A stretch of 63,561 nt of DNA, filler included, from Choristocarpus tenellus KU-1152 (GCA_964200185.2; 8 parts of 8 records of this genome joined end to end with filler, not necessarily neighbours in it), one strand, 5' to 3'; numbered from the whole stretch's first letter, positions 12,604 through 26,878 are shown. Notes: generated by a model not told the origin, from the sequence alone. Numbers and translations are program-made.

Positions 12604-13087
12604 CCGCCAAAACGGTACTTGGGTGAACCTCGGCTTAATACTGTTTAAGCCACTCACAAGACAATGTGACGGAGAATGAGCTCCGAGTTGAATTGAACCC
12701 GATAGAGATGGTCTGGGGTCGGGCGAAGCACTATGTACGAGGCCACTGTGACGACACGTTGCCCGGAGTGAAAGGCAACGTTCCTGTCAGTTTTACGGAC
12801 GAAGGGGGGCTGTCCAGAATATTTGTGGAGGGGTTCTTCAGGATGAGTATTGCTTACCACCTGATATATTCCAACGAGAAAGACATGGAGTGCACCAAAT
12901 TGGACAGNNNNNNNNNNNNNNNNNNNNNNNNNNNNNNNNNNNNNNNNNNNNTTAATTAATTAANNNNNNNNNNNNNNNNNNNNNNNNNNNNNNNNNNNNN
13001 NNNNNNNCCCCAGATACTTTGACCCTACCCATTCATTCCTGATGAAAATAACTGTGGTGACTACTGTCAACAACAGAGCACCTCACC

Positions 13088-16000
13088 TTACTCTCAGCAT
13101 CCGCTGCACTAGCAACATCAGCTGTAGTCGATGGTAAGGCATGTTCCTGAGGCCTAGCTTCCTTTTCCTCATGGATCTCCTTGCCAGTGATTTCACTATG
13201 ATGACTACCTTGTTGTCTTCTCCCCTGCAACTGGCCCGGAAATTTCTCCACCTCTCCCTCCCCTCCCCCCTTCCAATGCTCCTGCATAGCATCATGTTTT
13301 TCAACCCCACTCTGTTCCACCCCATGATGAGTAGCATTCACCAATGTAGTTGTGGCACCCTCAGCTGGTGCTGCTGCCAATGATACGTCAGAGTATGCCT
13401 TGTCGATGTTATTTGCCGCTGGCCCCACCTCTATGGTTGCTCTTTCATTTTCCTCATTACCTGTCCCTTCCTCCACCTTCACACTCTCATCATTTTCTGC
13501 ACATGTCTCTGACATTGATACCCCAGCATATATGGCTGTGGTTGTGACTATCTGACATTTTACTGCCCCGTCTTCAGATCCCATTGGTGATAGACTAAAG
13601 AGTTCTAGCCCCTTAGGTAACCTGGCTGATGTATTTCCCACAGTTGCTTCAGCGATAAGGGGGGTGGAGTCACGGTCCGATGCATCAACACAGTGGTATT
13701 GTTCTTGGGAATCGCATCTTTTATCCGATTTCTCTAATTGGTGCTTCAAATTGCCCCCGTCCAAACCCTCTAACATCGGATCTTCACTCACACACACGTC
13801 TTTTCCAGCATTGGCTCTGTTACTGCCACAGTGCACACCAGCATCAGCTATAATACCTTCACAGACACTGGTTGTAATACCAACACTGGTATATTCTTCA
13901 CCCCTTCCCACCATGGGTTCCCCTGTCTCTCCAAGGCTCCCAGAAACTTGCAACAACAGGTTATCCAGGGTTGAGAATCGGGGCGCTATGACTGCCGTGG
14001 TCCATTCTCTCTGCTCGGACCCCTGTCCCTGCACCTGTTTTGGTTGGAGCCCACCTTCAGGTTCGCAGGCAGCCTCCTCCTTGTTTTTTCCCCTTTGTTT
14101 TTTCCACCGAAGCACCCAGCCTTGCCTCCTCACCGGAATGGAATGCACACACTCAACTGATTGTTTGGAAAGACCATCATCAGTCTTGGTTGTACCCCTT
14201 ACTTGGGCTTGCCTCGACATTGTGAGAGCAAAACGGTGGCAGGGATGTTTTCCCACACTTCTTGTTGAGGAACTGGTTGGTGGGTGAGGGATTCTTCTAA
14301 TGCCATGTGCTTGTCCTTCACAGTTGTCTGCTGGTTTTATTATTGTGTCCTTTGTGGACTCCTTGTTAAAGTGTTGATGATGTCTCTGCGTACCAGGATG
14401 AAGATTAGAGGTAGTAATGGAAAAAGGAGGAATGGGGTGCCTTTGCTTAGAGTGAGAGAGGCAATGTACTCACTCTCATTTTATGTTCGTCATTGTGCTT
14501 GTCTTTTCTACATGAGGCAAGTTGCGTTGTCATGGGTGGGGCGGGCGACTGGTGAGACCCTGAAATGAGAGGAACAAATGCATGCCATGAATGTTGCCGT
14601 GCTTGAGAAGTGCACAGCACATTCTTAGTCGTCCTTGGGCCTATCTCTGGGGGCGCTCAGCATAAAGCAGTAAATTTAGCTATCACAGTAATGTACAGAG
14701 ATCTATCTGAGAGTCTTCCTCCAGAGTAAGTTCACATGGCTTATGTTGCTATTCGTACCATTGCCTTGGATACTGGAAACCTTCACATGACTAAACTGTC
14801 AGATAACTGTCAGTTGGATTTTTAAATTGTCTTGAACACTCTTCGTGTAAATCCGAACTTGGGGAGACCTACTCTGTCTGACAAAATGCAACAATTTTTT
14901 ATCTTCTGAATGCTCAGAGAGCTCAATTTGAAGAGAGTTTGTTGTGAGGGGAGGACTAGAGAGACATTACTTCATTTGGCATGCAGCCCCGGATCGGAGT
15001 TGAGCAGGACCAAGTCTCAAAAAACAAGTGTGTTGAGTTAAACCCTCTAAATGTTTCAGTATGCAAAATGAGTGAAAGTACCTTAGAGGGTACAAGTTTT
15101 GCCCTGTTTGTCCATACGGGGCTTGGCTTCCCATGTTTTTTTTATGACATTTCCTACTCCAAAATGTTTCGGAGTAGGTAAAAGGTATACGTTGAGAAAA
15201 GGTGTGTCCGAAACAAAGGTATTGACACTTCCTAACAAACACGAAAGCCAAATTACATCAAAATCGCAACATTGAATTTTGGCCCCCAAATGGACGCGAC
15301 TCTACCCTCTAAGATACCTTGGCTCAAAGGCAGACCACAATGTCGGCCCACTGCCTCTATTGCATGTTTCAATTTTATGTCATTTGGTAGACTGCCTGAC
15401 AATGCCTGGAGATTTGTGCCACTGATTAGTGCTATTCATTGTTTGTGTAGTACAGAGTGGTGCGATCCTAAATGTAATTTCGGGGAATTATTTGAAGCAA
15501 AATGTACACGGTGTGCAGGGCAATGAGTCAGTTGTCGGTGCATTATGGTATGATATGAAGTAGAATACAATACAGGAATGTTCTGGCAGGATATTTAGAG
15601 GTACTTGCCATGTTCAAGTTGATCGCAATTGTACATAGTGATGCTTATCGTTGTGGGCACGGCTAGCTCTCCTTGTTCTGAGGAGTAGATAATAACCAGT
15701 ACACACAGCTGACCCTCTGAAAGTACGAGGGAGAAATATATTGTTACTAGACTGAAGTATTGTTCAAGTTTGGGAGGGCAGTTCTTAGGTCAACCTCAGC
15801 GAGCGTTGCAGACCTGTCGTGAATGCATGGCTTCATCCAGGTTGAGGATGAAGACTTTGTTCTGGTGGGTGCAAGGAGAGGAAGTGATATCAGAAATCTC
15901 TTGAGCAAGTTCCTGGGGGAAGGGAATAAACACAGACCAATAATGTTAAGAACACTGCCCAGCACGTGTGCCATGGTGATTAGGGGTTGGAGATCTGGCT

Positions 16001-19000
16001 TTAGATAAGCCAAGTTTTGTTCCACTACATTCATATGGCTAGGCAAAATACGAAAATTCGGCATGCCAGTCTGTTACGTGAGAGTGAAATACCAAATCTC
16101 CACACAGAAATAAATAATTTAATCTAGTAGACCCTGTTCTTGATTATGGCTTAATACAGTTCCGCATTGATGAGGAGCCTGGTGTTGTATTTCCAAACGG
16201 GACCAGATGGAAATCGTGGGATGATATTGTGGGTCGATTTTTTTTTGGCAGGAGTTGATGTGCTTCAGGGTTTCTAGTTGGAGTATGTGTGTAACTGTGA
16301 GACACTTGATTCCTTGGAGGGCATATGAAGAAGAGAGTCGAGAGTAGTTGGCAAGTTGAAATGTTCTGGTTAAGTTGATACATATACTCAGGTGAGTGAA
16401 AGTGTCTTAGAGGGTACGAGTTTTGCCCTGTTTGTCCATTTGGGGCTTAGCTTACCATGGGTTTTTTTATGACATTTTCCTACTCCAAAATGTTTCAAAG
16501 CAGGTAAAATGTATATGTTATGAAAAGGTGTGTTCGGAACAAGGATATTGATACTTCCTAACAAATACGATAGCCAATATTACATCAAAATTGCAACATC
16601 CGATTTTTGCCCCCGAGTGGACGCGGCTCTACTCTTTAAGATGCCTTGACTCAGATTCCTCTTTCACCTCTTCAACTGGAGATGATCTTTGTATCCCCAA
16701 TGCCCCAGTGCGTGTCTTCTTCATGTCAAGAAGGTGAGCCTGGGAGGAATTTGTCCTTACAGTAGACGCTTGTGGTGAACAGAGTGGAGCATGCCAGTCA
16801 GAGTGAAGTGAGGCTTGATAAGGAAGATATGTGGCATTGTGTGGTCACAAGTGAGGGAATAAAGTTTAAGGATAGCAGAGGAAGGCTGTGGGGGAAGTGA
16901 AATATACGCAACATTCATATCACATCCAGAAGCAATCAGGTTTAAGCAGTAGATGCGCTTGCTCTGCTTATCCTATGCCAGGTGCAGGAGCCTTGCTGTG
17001 TGCTGCCAAGGTGTGTTCCTACCTGACTGCCTTCTTGTCTCAACATAGGCTTGTGTCAAACTGCAAATATATACTCACACGATTGGGATTCTTATTTGAA
17101 TCTGAGGTTCGCAAGGGATTATTTTCTTGAATGACTATACCTAGGAACATGTCCCAATTGGAGCAATTTAGGAATGTCTTTTCCCTACATCCTCCAAACG
17201 GACTTTTGATGTGTCCACTATCCACTTCTTCACCCTTCCTGGATACCATTTAATGCACTCGTAGTCCTCACCTTCTTCCTTACATCCTCTATCCTGAGAT
17301 GCTCTCCCTCTCCTAAGTAACCAAGATTGGTAATATTCCATAGAGCACCTTGGCCTGATCGATGAAAATTTTGATGCAAGATGTGACTGCAGCCTCTCCC
17401 CGGACATAGCTTCAAATGAGCAATATTCTCTACCTTGGGAAGGGGGTTCAACAATTTTTTTTAAGGGTTTCACGAGGTGATCCCTCATTATCAATCCCCT
17501 CAACTCCACCCCCGCCCTTACACATGCTTTGGGAGAGGCCAACTTGATGTCTTGGGAGGTCAAAGAACTGGAGAAGTCTGATGAAGAGAATACATGCGAA
17601 GGAAGCCGCCGCTGTTGTGTCTCTGATGATTCACATTCTTTTTTATGGAGTAGGTTCCTCCCAACGCCTAGGTTGCCGTCATTCCTCCACTGTTTAGCAT
17701 GGCTGCCAATACTGCTTCCATCTCTATCGTCCCAACCCCGACCTGCATGCAGTTTTCCCCCATAAGAGAGTGCACAAGGCCCTTTGTTTTCCTTCGCCCA
17801 GCTACGGTTGTCACCTTCAGGTCTGCAACCCTTGAATGCATCATTTTCACACATTTGAACTGTATCTCTAGCACTACTTCCTCTGTTGCGCTCCCGCACT
17901 TGTTTTCTAGAAGAAATATCCTTCCCCCAGCTGCAACCATCGTCTTTACCCCCAATAGTAGAGGTCTCATACAACCACGCCTTCCTTACTTGTCGTAACC
18001 TTACTCTATCTTGTTCCATTAAAAACTCCTGTACAACAGGGGCAAGAGCTACCCACGCAAGTCGGCCAGCATTGCCAAGTCTATGAACTAGTAATCCTCG
18101 ACACTCAGACGATAGGTCGCAACCCCCCAAGCCCTGTTCGCAAACACTATCACCATCATCTCCAGCGCTGCCATTACGATCATGGTTAGTATTTGATCTA
18201 CCTATGACTCCAAGGCAACCACCCAGGTGGGGGGCGCGGTGAACAAGGAGTTCATAGAGCAAGCGGGAAGAAGGAGGAGGTCTACCAGGGCGAGGGCATG
18301 CGGGAAACGAGGACATCAGCTCATACTCTGTAGCCTCAACTTCCTTGCGGCGCTTAATTTGTGACAACGAGGTCACAGCTGGATCTGAATTTTTTTTCAT
18401 CTCTGTGAGGCACAGAGCGTTTGATCCGCCAAGTGCAACCTAAGGAGAGTATGGACATCGAAAAACGGCAGAGAGATGGAAGCACTACTTGTTCGAGGGT
18501 GGTTTGCGCTCGTGGTTGGAGTGCTGAAATGGGTTCACACGACACACAAAGCATCTGAAAAAGTATGTTATTTCGACTTAGGTATGTTTCAGAGAGTTTA
18601 TTCTAAGCATTGGTGCGCCTGTGACCATAACGAAGCAGAATTTGGAATTGTTGGACACGATTCACAACTCTTCTTTTCCTCTCTACCCTAGCATTTGCTC
18701 TTCTCTTCCTTTGCGTATCCTTCTTCCCTTCATTCTCCATAACCCCCCTTCTCACTTCTTCTCCTGAGCCCATTCATTCGAAGCCCTTGCTGGGAGCGTA
18801 TCTCACCTGTTTCACATTGCGCATGGACATTTCTACCAGTATTCGTGGTCTAGGAACTGAAGAATCACACTGTGGCAAGCCCAGTCGACCGCGAAAGTTG
18901 CAACCCCATACAAACAAGAGTCCTCCTTCAGATACTGCAGCAGAGGTAGTTGATCCTGCTGATATGCTCATTGCTTTCTGTTGAGTGAGAACACCACCAA

Positions 19001-22000
19001 AAAGTAAAGGTTTTCGAAAATAGTTAATCTGCTGTCGTGTTTCCACTCGAACAACTACTACGAGACATGTCAAGATCGGGGGAAAGGGAGGCGTGTTTCT
19101 TTTCGAACAGTAAGATATACACGAGTCTGTAGCATCAAGTCAATAGCACTTATCATGATTCATTTTGTGGAAATCATCCTTACTTACCTCCTCAATTTAG
19201 ACAAACTCATTCCCTGTGGAGTATTATGTTACTAGGGCAGGGTACCAATACTGTGTGTGGATCACAAATTAGCAGGAAATGAGGCCTCCCACGCATGCCT
19301 CATCTCTTTATACACCTTTGTGAAACACACATTTTATTTACGTTCTATTGCAAGAAATCTTACCCCACAAAATGGACCAACCTCCATGCTGTCGCTCCCA
19401 ACACGTCTCTAAGAGTCACAATGCATCAAATGTAGCATAAGAAGTCTTGCGTGGAGGTGGGGGTGTACAACTGACCATATGAGGTTTAATGGCAGCTACT
19501 AATGAAGGTGTCCATCTATTATCATAGTCACCAAGACCCAGCTGGCCCATGCTATTACTTCCCCAGACCCAGATGCACCTGTCACCAAGCATGCAGAGCA
19601 GAAATAAGAGAAAGTAAGTTCTGCTCCCGTAGGCGGACTGTAACCAGTGCAGTTGGAGGGACAAAGTGATCAAAGACTGATCTTAGACTCAGAGACCACC
19701 ATGGCAGTAACAAGATCAAGTGTCTAGAGGAAGGCAAATATATATAGGGATTGGCATATCTTTACTAGTGTGTAGGTTAGCGCCATTAATAGCAAGAAGT
19801 ACACTTGACAATTCAATTCGAGACTTTGGAAGGACCATACCCGATACTATCACAGTGGATGTCTACTGTCGATTTTTTCTTAATGCATACATACACTAGA
19901 AGATGATGCGTATATAATATATCGTTAAAGATGTGTAGTGCCAACCAAATCCCTGAGAGAATCCAACTTGTCGGTCATGATATAAACGATACTTCCAGTA
20001 CCTGCCACGCTACACAACCTTATTACACTCATTCATAATCCATCTTGCTGTCCTTTTACTCCAAGTATGCAAACAACCTGAACATTGGTGTCAGCGTCTC
20101 AAGACTGACATCCAACTTTTATAACACGGACACTGCGCTTCACATATGATAATATTTTTTGTCCCATGGATGACAATCTGTTTCTCTGGCCCCTCAACTA
20201 TGATACCTTTGCCATAATTCTGGTCCCAAACAGTGGACAGTAAAGGCCACCACTAGCTCACACCTGACTCTTTAACTTTCACCTTTGATCTGTTACGACC
20301 AGGGAGTGAAGTCCTCCGCATGCCACAAACAATGTACGCTGACCATCTAATCCCCCTTGCACAGGTCCAAAACCGTAGCCTCCCTCCCAGGCTGTACTTG
20401 CTTCCTCAGTGCCAGGAGAGACTATTGTGCTCCCTGCCCCTTTGAGCACCCCCTCCAGCCCCTTCTCTCCCTGCTCCCTGACATCTCCCACAGAACGACC
20501 CACACATGGACCAATGTGTTGATCCAACTGAGGCCCTATTTGGATCATTTCTGGTTGACCTCTCCCTCTACCGTATTTTAGAAAATCTCGTCCCCAAGCC
20601 CATTCCACACCTTGCCCATTATTCTGATTCCTTTCCTGGTCATAACCCAATCCTTGAGTCCGCTCTTTTGTATTGAGTGAATACCTCCTCTCCCTTCTAG
20701 GCAGAGGAATCTTTGAACGGCCAGCCCTGGGACGTGCAGCAGGAGCAGGAGGCACAAGACAACGACCCAACTGACCACTATGGTTGCATCCTGTGCTGAA
20801 GACCCTCCCTCCAGAGTCGAGAGCTACTGCGTAGTTGTCTCCACACGACACCTGCCAAGCGATCGGAGTTGTAGTTTTGATATATATCAATCATGCTCAT
20901 CCTATTGTTGATACAAGTGCAAATTCTTGGTTGAGAAAACAAGACTCACCCAAAAGGTGAACACATTGAACTGAGAGAGCAACCATTAGTTCTACAACTA
21001 CTAGCATGCAAGCACAGACACACACCTGACAGATGTCAAGCCCCAATAGTGACCTCACCACTTCCGGGAAAAGTACCACCTTCCAAGGTTGAGTGACTCG
21101 GCGATGCCGTAACCCCTGTAAATTTCGTTCAGAGCCAAAGTACCTTAGCCGCGTCCGTTTGTGAGCCAAAATCCAATGTTGCAATTTTGATGAAATTTTG
21201 GCTATCGTGTTTGTTAGGAAGTTTCAATATCCTTGTTCTGGACGCACCTTTTTATAACGTACACATTTACCTATTCCGAAATTTTTCGCAGTAGGTAAAT
21301 GTCATAAAATACCCTGAGGAAAGATAAGCCCCAAATGGACAAACAGGGCAAAACTCGTACCCTCTAAGATACTTTCACTCTCACCATGGTCAACATTCAA
21401 TTTAATCTCTCTTGTTTGAAATTAAGACGATTTATGCTCTAAGTTTGGGTTGCTGAGGCTCAAAGTATCTGGGAGGGGGTGGCGGCTGTCCATTTGGGGT
21501 CAATTTTTTCATGTCGCAAAACTGCGACATTTTTGGGTGATTTGGTTGCATACGTTGGATGGATACTGTAAATGCACTTTTCCCGATTTTGGTCCAAATT
21601 GACACCCTGGTGTAGACCCCCCCCCCTCCCAGATACTTTGGGTCTAAATTTTTCTATTGATGCAACTTCCTACTTCTTTGGGGAGGAAATTTTCTGGAAC
21701 ACCATACACCAAAAGCATGCTGCGTATACCCCAGCAAAACCTGTAAATGTTCCTCTCACGTCAGATCATTTCACTCCACATACTTGTAGCTGTGTGAATT
21801 CACCCAACTGAGGTGCAGCTGTCACTGCCCAATCAGAGGTAAGGAGGAGGAGGAGTTGGGTTGTTCGCTCTTGGCATAAATGACGACATTTTGTGGTCAG
21901 TTCACCTCCAGCACATATTCTGCCAGTAAAAGAGCAACAGATGAACTTGTGGGATAAACTTGCAACTAGAATTTTGGATATGGAAATTGAATATATAGGA

Positions 22001-25000
22001 TGAGAATTATTGTCGGTGTTGTAATTTCTTGACTTGTTCAATCACAGTACATGGTTAAAATAGTACAAGAAATCCGAAACACTACTAAAACGCCCCAAAC
22101 CGATCTCCTCCGTAATAACCAGTCTCACAATCGTCCTCCCAGAAAAATGATAGCCCCCTTACTGAGAAATTCAAAGTGAGATCGTTTGGGGTGCAGATCC
22201 GCTAGTGTAGTGAATGCTTACATCTGATCTGCTGGAGGTACCCTTAAACAGGTAGTAGATGCGCCCATCAACACAAATTATTTTCTTGCTCATGAATCAC
22301 GGCACAGTCAGAAGACTAGGAAAGAGAACCAAACACAGTCTTCAGGACCAAGCTTTGTTCACTTTAGGAACTACCACCCTTGTGCTCACATGCATATTGT
22401 CCGAAGTTCCTGGCTCCCAGGATCCCAAAGGTTCCAGGCATTGATTGTTGGAATGTATTACACCCCAACGAAACACCACTGCAGACCCAGAATAGGGTGC
22501 AGGATATTTGAAAGAATGCTTATTGCACTTGGTGCATGCAATCACCGTTGTTTGAGCAGCGCCACAGGCCACTGCCATTGCAATTACACCTTCTGGAAGT
22601 GAAACCTAAGGAGGGTGGGAAAGATACAGCAGATTCAAGTATAGCTTTCCAGGGCAGCTGGTGGCATCATACTTTGAACTGTGTGGAAGTAGAAGCCTCG
22701 TTGGTAGTGTAAAACGGCATGCATGCCAGGATAGGGTTGGTGAGCCACCAAACCTTCAAGAAACAGAAGTCTGAGATGTTCTTGTGGACACACGAGTGAC
22801 GGGGCCTCCTACTTCGTGCCCTTTGTTTTTCTCCTACTATCTCAGGACAAACATGGCCAAACACTAACTCATACACAGTGGCACAGAGGTGATGATTGCA
22901 CCTGTGTAACACATAATACCCTGTGACCTTCAAATTCTGGTGACTATTCCAGCTCCCCCCTGCACACCACCTCCAGCACCATCACCACTACCACTTAACA
23001 CGGCATCAACCCTATGGTGACAATCAGCCATACACAAACGGTGGAAATGGAATAGATATCACCTACAGCATTGTGTATTGCGTGGCATTTTTCAGGGGTC
23101 AATTCGAGTAATATTGATCAAACAAAAGCTGCGTAGACTCCTCATTCATTTTCAAAACATAGAAGACTTCACATATCGATGCCCTATCAGCACTTTTTGT
23201 CCAGTTTTGGGCCATTTCCTTCACATTCAAAAATGGTTGCATGAACCAACACCTGTGAAACCTGCCCAGCCTTCAGCCTAATGTCGTCATTCATCCTATT
23301 ACCTGCCTTGGACTGCTTGATGGAGACTGGTCACCATGCCCGAGTCTTCCCCCAATGCCACAACCCCATGTCCACACATGACCAGCCCATGTCACCGCAG
23401 CTGTATGAGCGTCCCCACACGCAACACCCCTAATGTGCACACCAACCCTGATAGAGTCATCTGTATGAAGACGAATATTTTCCTGGCTTTGACCCCGAAC
23501 ACTGTTCTCCATCGGTGCCTCTTCCTGCAAACTCTCTGTACCTGAGGGGTGGAGAGAGTATAACATATTGGTAGACTTTGATAGAGTATTTTCAGCCACT
23601 TGAATTTTGGTTGACCCTGGCTCCCACACCCCTCCGACATTGTGTGACTGCTGCATCCTAGGCGATGTTGATTGTTGCCCTGAGAGCTCTGTAATTTTCC
23701 TTTTAGCCCTCTGTTGAGAAAATTTAGTCCCTGGTGGGAGAATCAACACCTCCCCATCTACTGGAAACCTTACAATTGCTGGATTGCTTTGGGATGACCC
23801 TTGACCCCGCCCAAGTCCCAGCTGACCATTCTTCCCTGCCCCAAACGCCACAAGTGTCCCGTCGCATAGCAATAGCATGGAGTGGCCCTTGCTGCATGCC
23901 CCTTGCACGATGCCTAACTCAGTGGTGTCCTGTGGTGGAGACATCCTGGTCTCCATAGGATCATCCATTCCCTCCTTGCTCAATCCCTTGCCATTTTCTC
24001 CCTGTTCACCCCTGGTACCCTTGCACCTGCCTCCCCTGCGATATATCTGCATTCCTCGGGATTTCGTTTCTACAGGGCACAAGACTGTCATGTGATTTCC
24101 CTCCACAGTCCAATATTGAAATAGAGTTGACGCCATACCCAGGAGAGGCCTTGATGCCGCCCAGGATACTTTGTTGACTTTGGTAGACCCATCAGGTGAT
24201 CCACTGTGAGTGCTTCCTCCTTGATTGTCATTCTCAGGGCCAGGACCAGGGTTAGCACTTGAGAAGGCTAGGCATCGCCCTCCCCCTAGCCCCTCTCCAA
24301 AGAGCCAGGTTGCTGTTGCTACTGTAGGCGATTTTAGGTGACCCTCTAGCATTTTAGACTGGGAGAATGGCTTGCCAGATGCTTTCAAAGTGAATGCAGG
24401 GCCAGGGGAAGCACAGACCTGCTTCTCTTCTTCTTCCATTGCACTGAGCGGTCCAGAATATTTTGTTAAGGGGTTACAGAGAAATAGAGATGGATTTAAA
24501 GATAGGTTTGGAGAGATGAGATCATAGAGTACAGGATATGCGGTCTGAGTGGCATTCTTTTCTTGAGCGACTTAATTGTTCTAACACATCCACAGATGTC
24601 ATATTCTCTTTCTGTGCGCCTTTGTCTTGCCCAAGCCTCACAACCTCATTCAGTTCTGCTCCATATGTCTGAGCGGAGATTTCTACTACTTCTGTCTAGC
24701 TCACAAAATACACATTCTATAGTATATTGCTATCCTATCTTTTGTAAAACAAATTATGCTTTGGATATTGCACAAGACAAGGAATGGAAAATTAATTTAT
24801 TTCCCCCATAGACACCTGTCACACCTGGGTAGCACTGATTCTTCACCCCCAATGGATAGACTTCCGTCTCCACAATGCTCTGGGTGTGAACTTCCTGAGA
24901 CTGCATTGAGCACCATCTGAATAGATTCCGTCTGGGATAACTGTCCTTTTGTTCCCTCTTCTTGGTGGCCAACTGCTGTACCCGTCCCAAAGACTTCAGT

Positions 25001-25186
25001 GATATTTGGCTTCTTTTCATTACTACCAAAGCAATTCTCTGCATGGCTGCTGTTTGTCGCTTCCCTGATAGACTCCATCTTCGAGGATATCTTGAATCGG
25101 GCATTCCTCTTGCTACTTTTTCTGTCACTCTTTATCTTGAATAGCACGAGGTTATTTGCTGACACATCGTTAAGGGAGTGGATGGC
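13088..25186 (-). CDS. large multi-exon RCC1-repeat protein (partial; exon boundaries approximate)
   Basis: RCC1 motifs in successive minus-strand exons: ~24455-23303 (ACSKGHSMLL..GAGKNGQLGLG; VACGDAHTAAV..WGCGIGGRLGHG), ~22590-22350 (VACGAAQT), ~20855-20282 (VSCGDNYAVAL..GQLG; VACGGLHSL), ~19578-19475 (WGSNSMGQLGLG), ~18978-18806 (ISAGSTTS..WGCNFRGRLG), ~18440-17270 (VALGGSNA). GT-AG borders are visible. Linkage of the 25186-24826 and 14400-13088 exons is inferred. Confidence 0.8.
15070..15325 (-). mobile_element. MITE-A (~258 bp; TIR GAGT(C/G)AAAGTATCTTAGAGGGTA)
   Basis: TIRs at both ends; internal sequence shared with seven other copies. Confidence 0.9.
16394..16652 (-). mobile_element. 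MITE-A
   Basis: TIRs present; flanks AGGT / AGAT. Confidence 0.9.
21132..21380 (+). mobile_element. MITE-A
   Basis: TIRs present (left partly deleted); flanks TCA / TCA. Confidence 0.9.
21457..21644 (+). mobile_element. MITE-B (~180 bp; ends GGCTCAAAGTATCTGGG...CCCAGATACTTTGGGTC)
   Basis: TIRs present; internal homology with 27368-27542, 35778-35960 and 50009-50186. Confidence 0.9.
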
Positions 25187-26878
25187 CTTACAGGCCGATG
25201 GCATGAGAAACAGAACGACGAAACAGGGAGAAGGAATATAATTCGTGTGGAATATGGGTATCGCGACAAACTCCATAGAGTTGGTTCTACAAGAAATTGA
25301 GAGATGTCCCCAACTTCGCAACAAAATCTACCATTATCACTCATCTACGGTTTATTCAGATGAATATATATTTGCTCAAAAAGCACTTAGGATGTTGGAC
25401 TTTTAAAGCGGTTCTATTTGAGAATTTAGGGTGCATGAGCACAGGCGCCAAGGTCTCAAGCCACTCCATCTACACCTGGAGTATTTTACTTCGTACTTTG
25501 ATTTCTTCAATAACTTACACATGCCGATATTGGACTTTTCTAAGACATCACAATATTTGACAGAGAGGACACCAATAGAGACAACGCGTAAAAATTCATG
25601 GTGGGATTGTCACCTTTAACTTTGTGGTTCTCACTCCGGTAACGGATACGCTCGATATCACTCTCAAGTGTGGAGCAGGTAAGGGGAAGCTCAAGAATAA
25701 TAGCAATCTAGAATATCTAATAATCATTGATCGCCTTGTGTGAGGCCAGAGACACCACACTGAACTTCCCTATCATATCGATACAATGCAAAAGCCTTTT
25801 CAGAGAATATGTCATCTACAGAAATCTCAATTGAGTTCACTACAAGCTCTTCACATTGCGGGGGTTTGAACTTCCTCAACACTTCATATCTTCTTGGGAA
25901 AATCTGGTTTCAATTATTCAAATTCCACATGGCGAGCACACCATACTATACATCTGCATTATCCTATCGGTCGCTATTCCACAAAGGCACGGGAAGTCCA
26001 AGAGAATTTGGTAAGGCTTCATTACAGAGCGACACTGACCTGGGTCCAGCACAAAAGGGACGAGCTAGGGCTACGAGAGATGGGATGACTGAACCCAACG
26101 TGAGAGAAGGTAGGCAAGAACGGAGTTAGGTATAACCAATCATTGTACGTCATCTCTCGGATGATTCTCTTCCCCCCCATCACACAGAAGTCGGTCGCTC
26201 TCACGTGTGTCGTTCTCTTTCGTACTGGCACCGATCCTAACCTTCTTGGGGAGAACACGTCCTTATTGAGTCTTAGGGAACAGATGTAGTTTACATGGCA
26301 TCTTCACCTTTACCAGCGTTTCCAGTCAGCTATATTTTAAAATGTTCTCAAACACGGTGCATGATCAAATACATCCAATGCTCTGACTCGACTAGGAATT
26401 ATCCCAACATGTTCTCTGTCATCAAGTTTTCGGTTTCAAGCACCAAGAGTTGACAAGAACTCTCACACGGATAACGCACGAGACAGATGGTACGCGAGAA
26501 AAGAGCACTCCTTACGTCGGGTTTCCCGTCGAATTTATAGGTGATGAAGGTTTTTCCGCATTTATGTTCTTAAGGTATATATGTACGTAGCCATCCACCA
26601 TTCCACCACACACACACCAATCTACTCCTCCCCTATAGGATCTCCCAACCATCTCCACTACCAGAAATAAGCTTCCTCACTAATAAAAGAGTTCGCAATG
26701 ATCCAGACTCTTCTTGCCTACCATTTCCGCTTTCATATGGTAAGTATTGTCACCTGGAGAAAAACCCTGAACCTCATACAGATTGACCAAACCAGCAAAA
26801 CATCTGTTGATGATGTACTTTTATAGAAACAGAAGGACTGCCATTCAATGAACGACTACTTTATACTGTAAATATTTT

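Larger units (their letters stand above)
10096..12907 (+). mobile_element. decayed IS630/Tc1/mariner-like DNA transposon, copy 1 (with nested insertions)
   Basis: N-terminal ORF pieces 10599-11675 (…ETVSKWEMDF…; a paralogous copy reads SEQGRY..RFVLGLDEDIL). C-terminal ELNPIEMVWGRAKHYVRGHCD (12666-12907) is the DDE_3/Tc1-type third-acidic-residue motif. Homologous to 54696-57030. Confidence 0.7.

Noticed and set aside
15083-15289. Recurring short ORFs (MGAKIQCCDFDVI..., MQHWILAPK...) at several loci
   Set aside because: Incidental translations of MITE-A copies; frames are not conserved between copies
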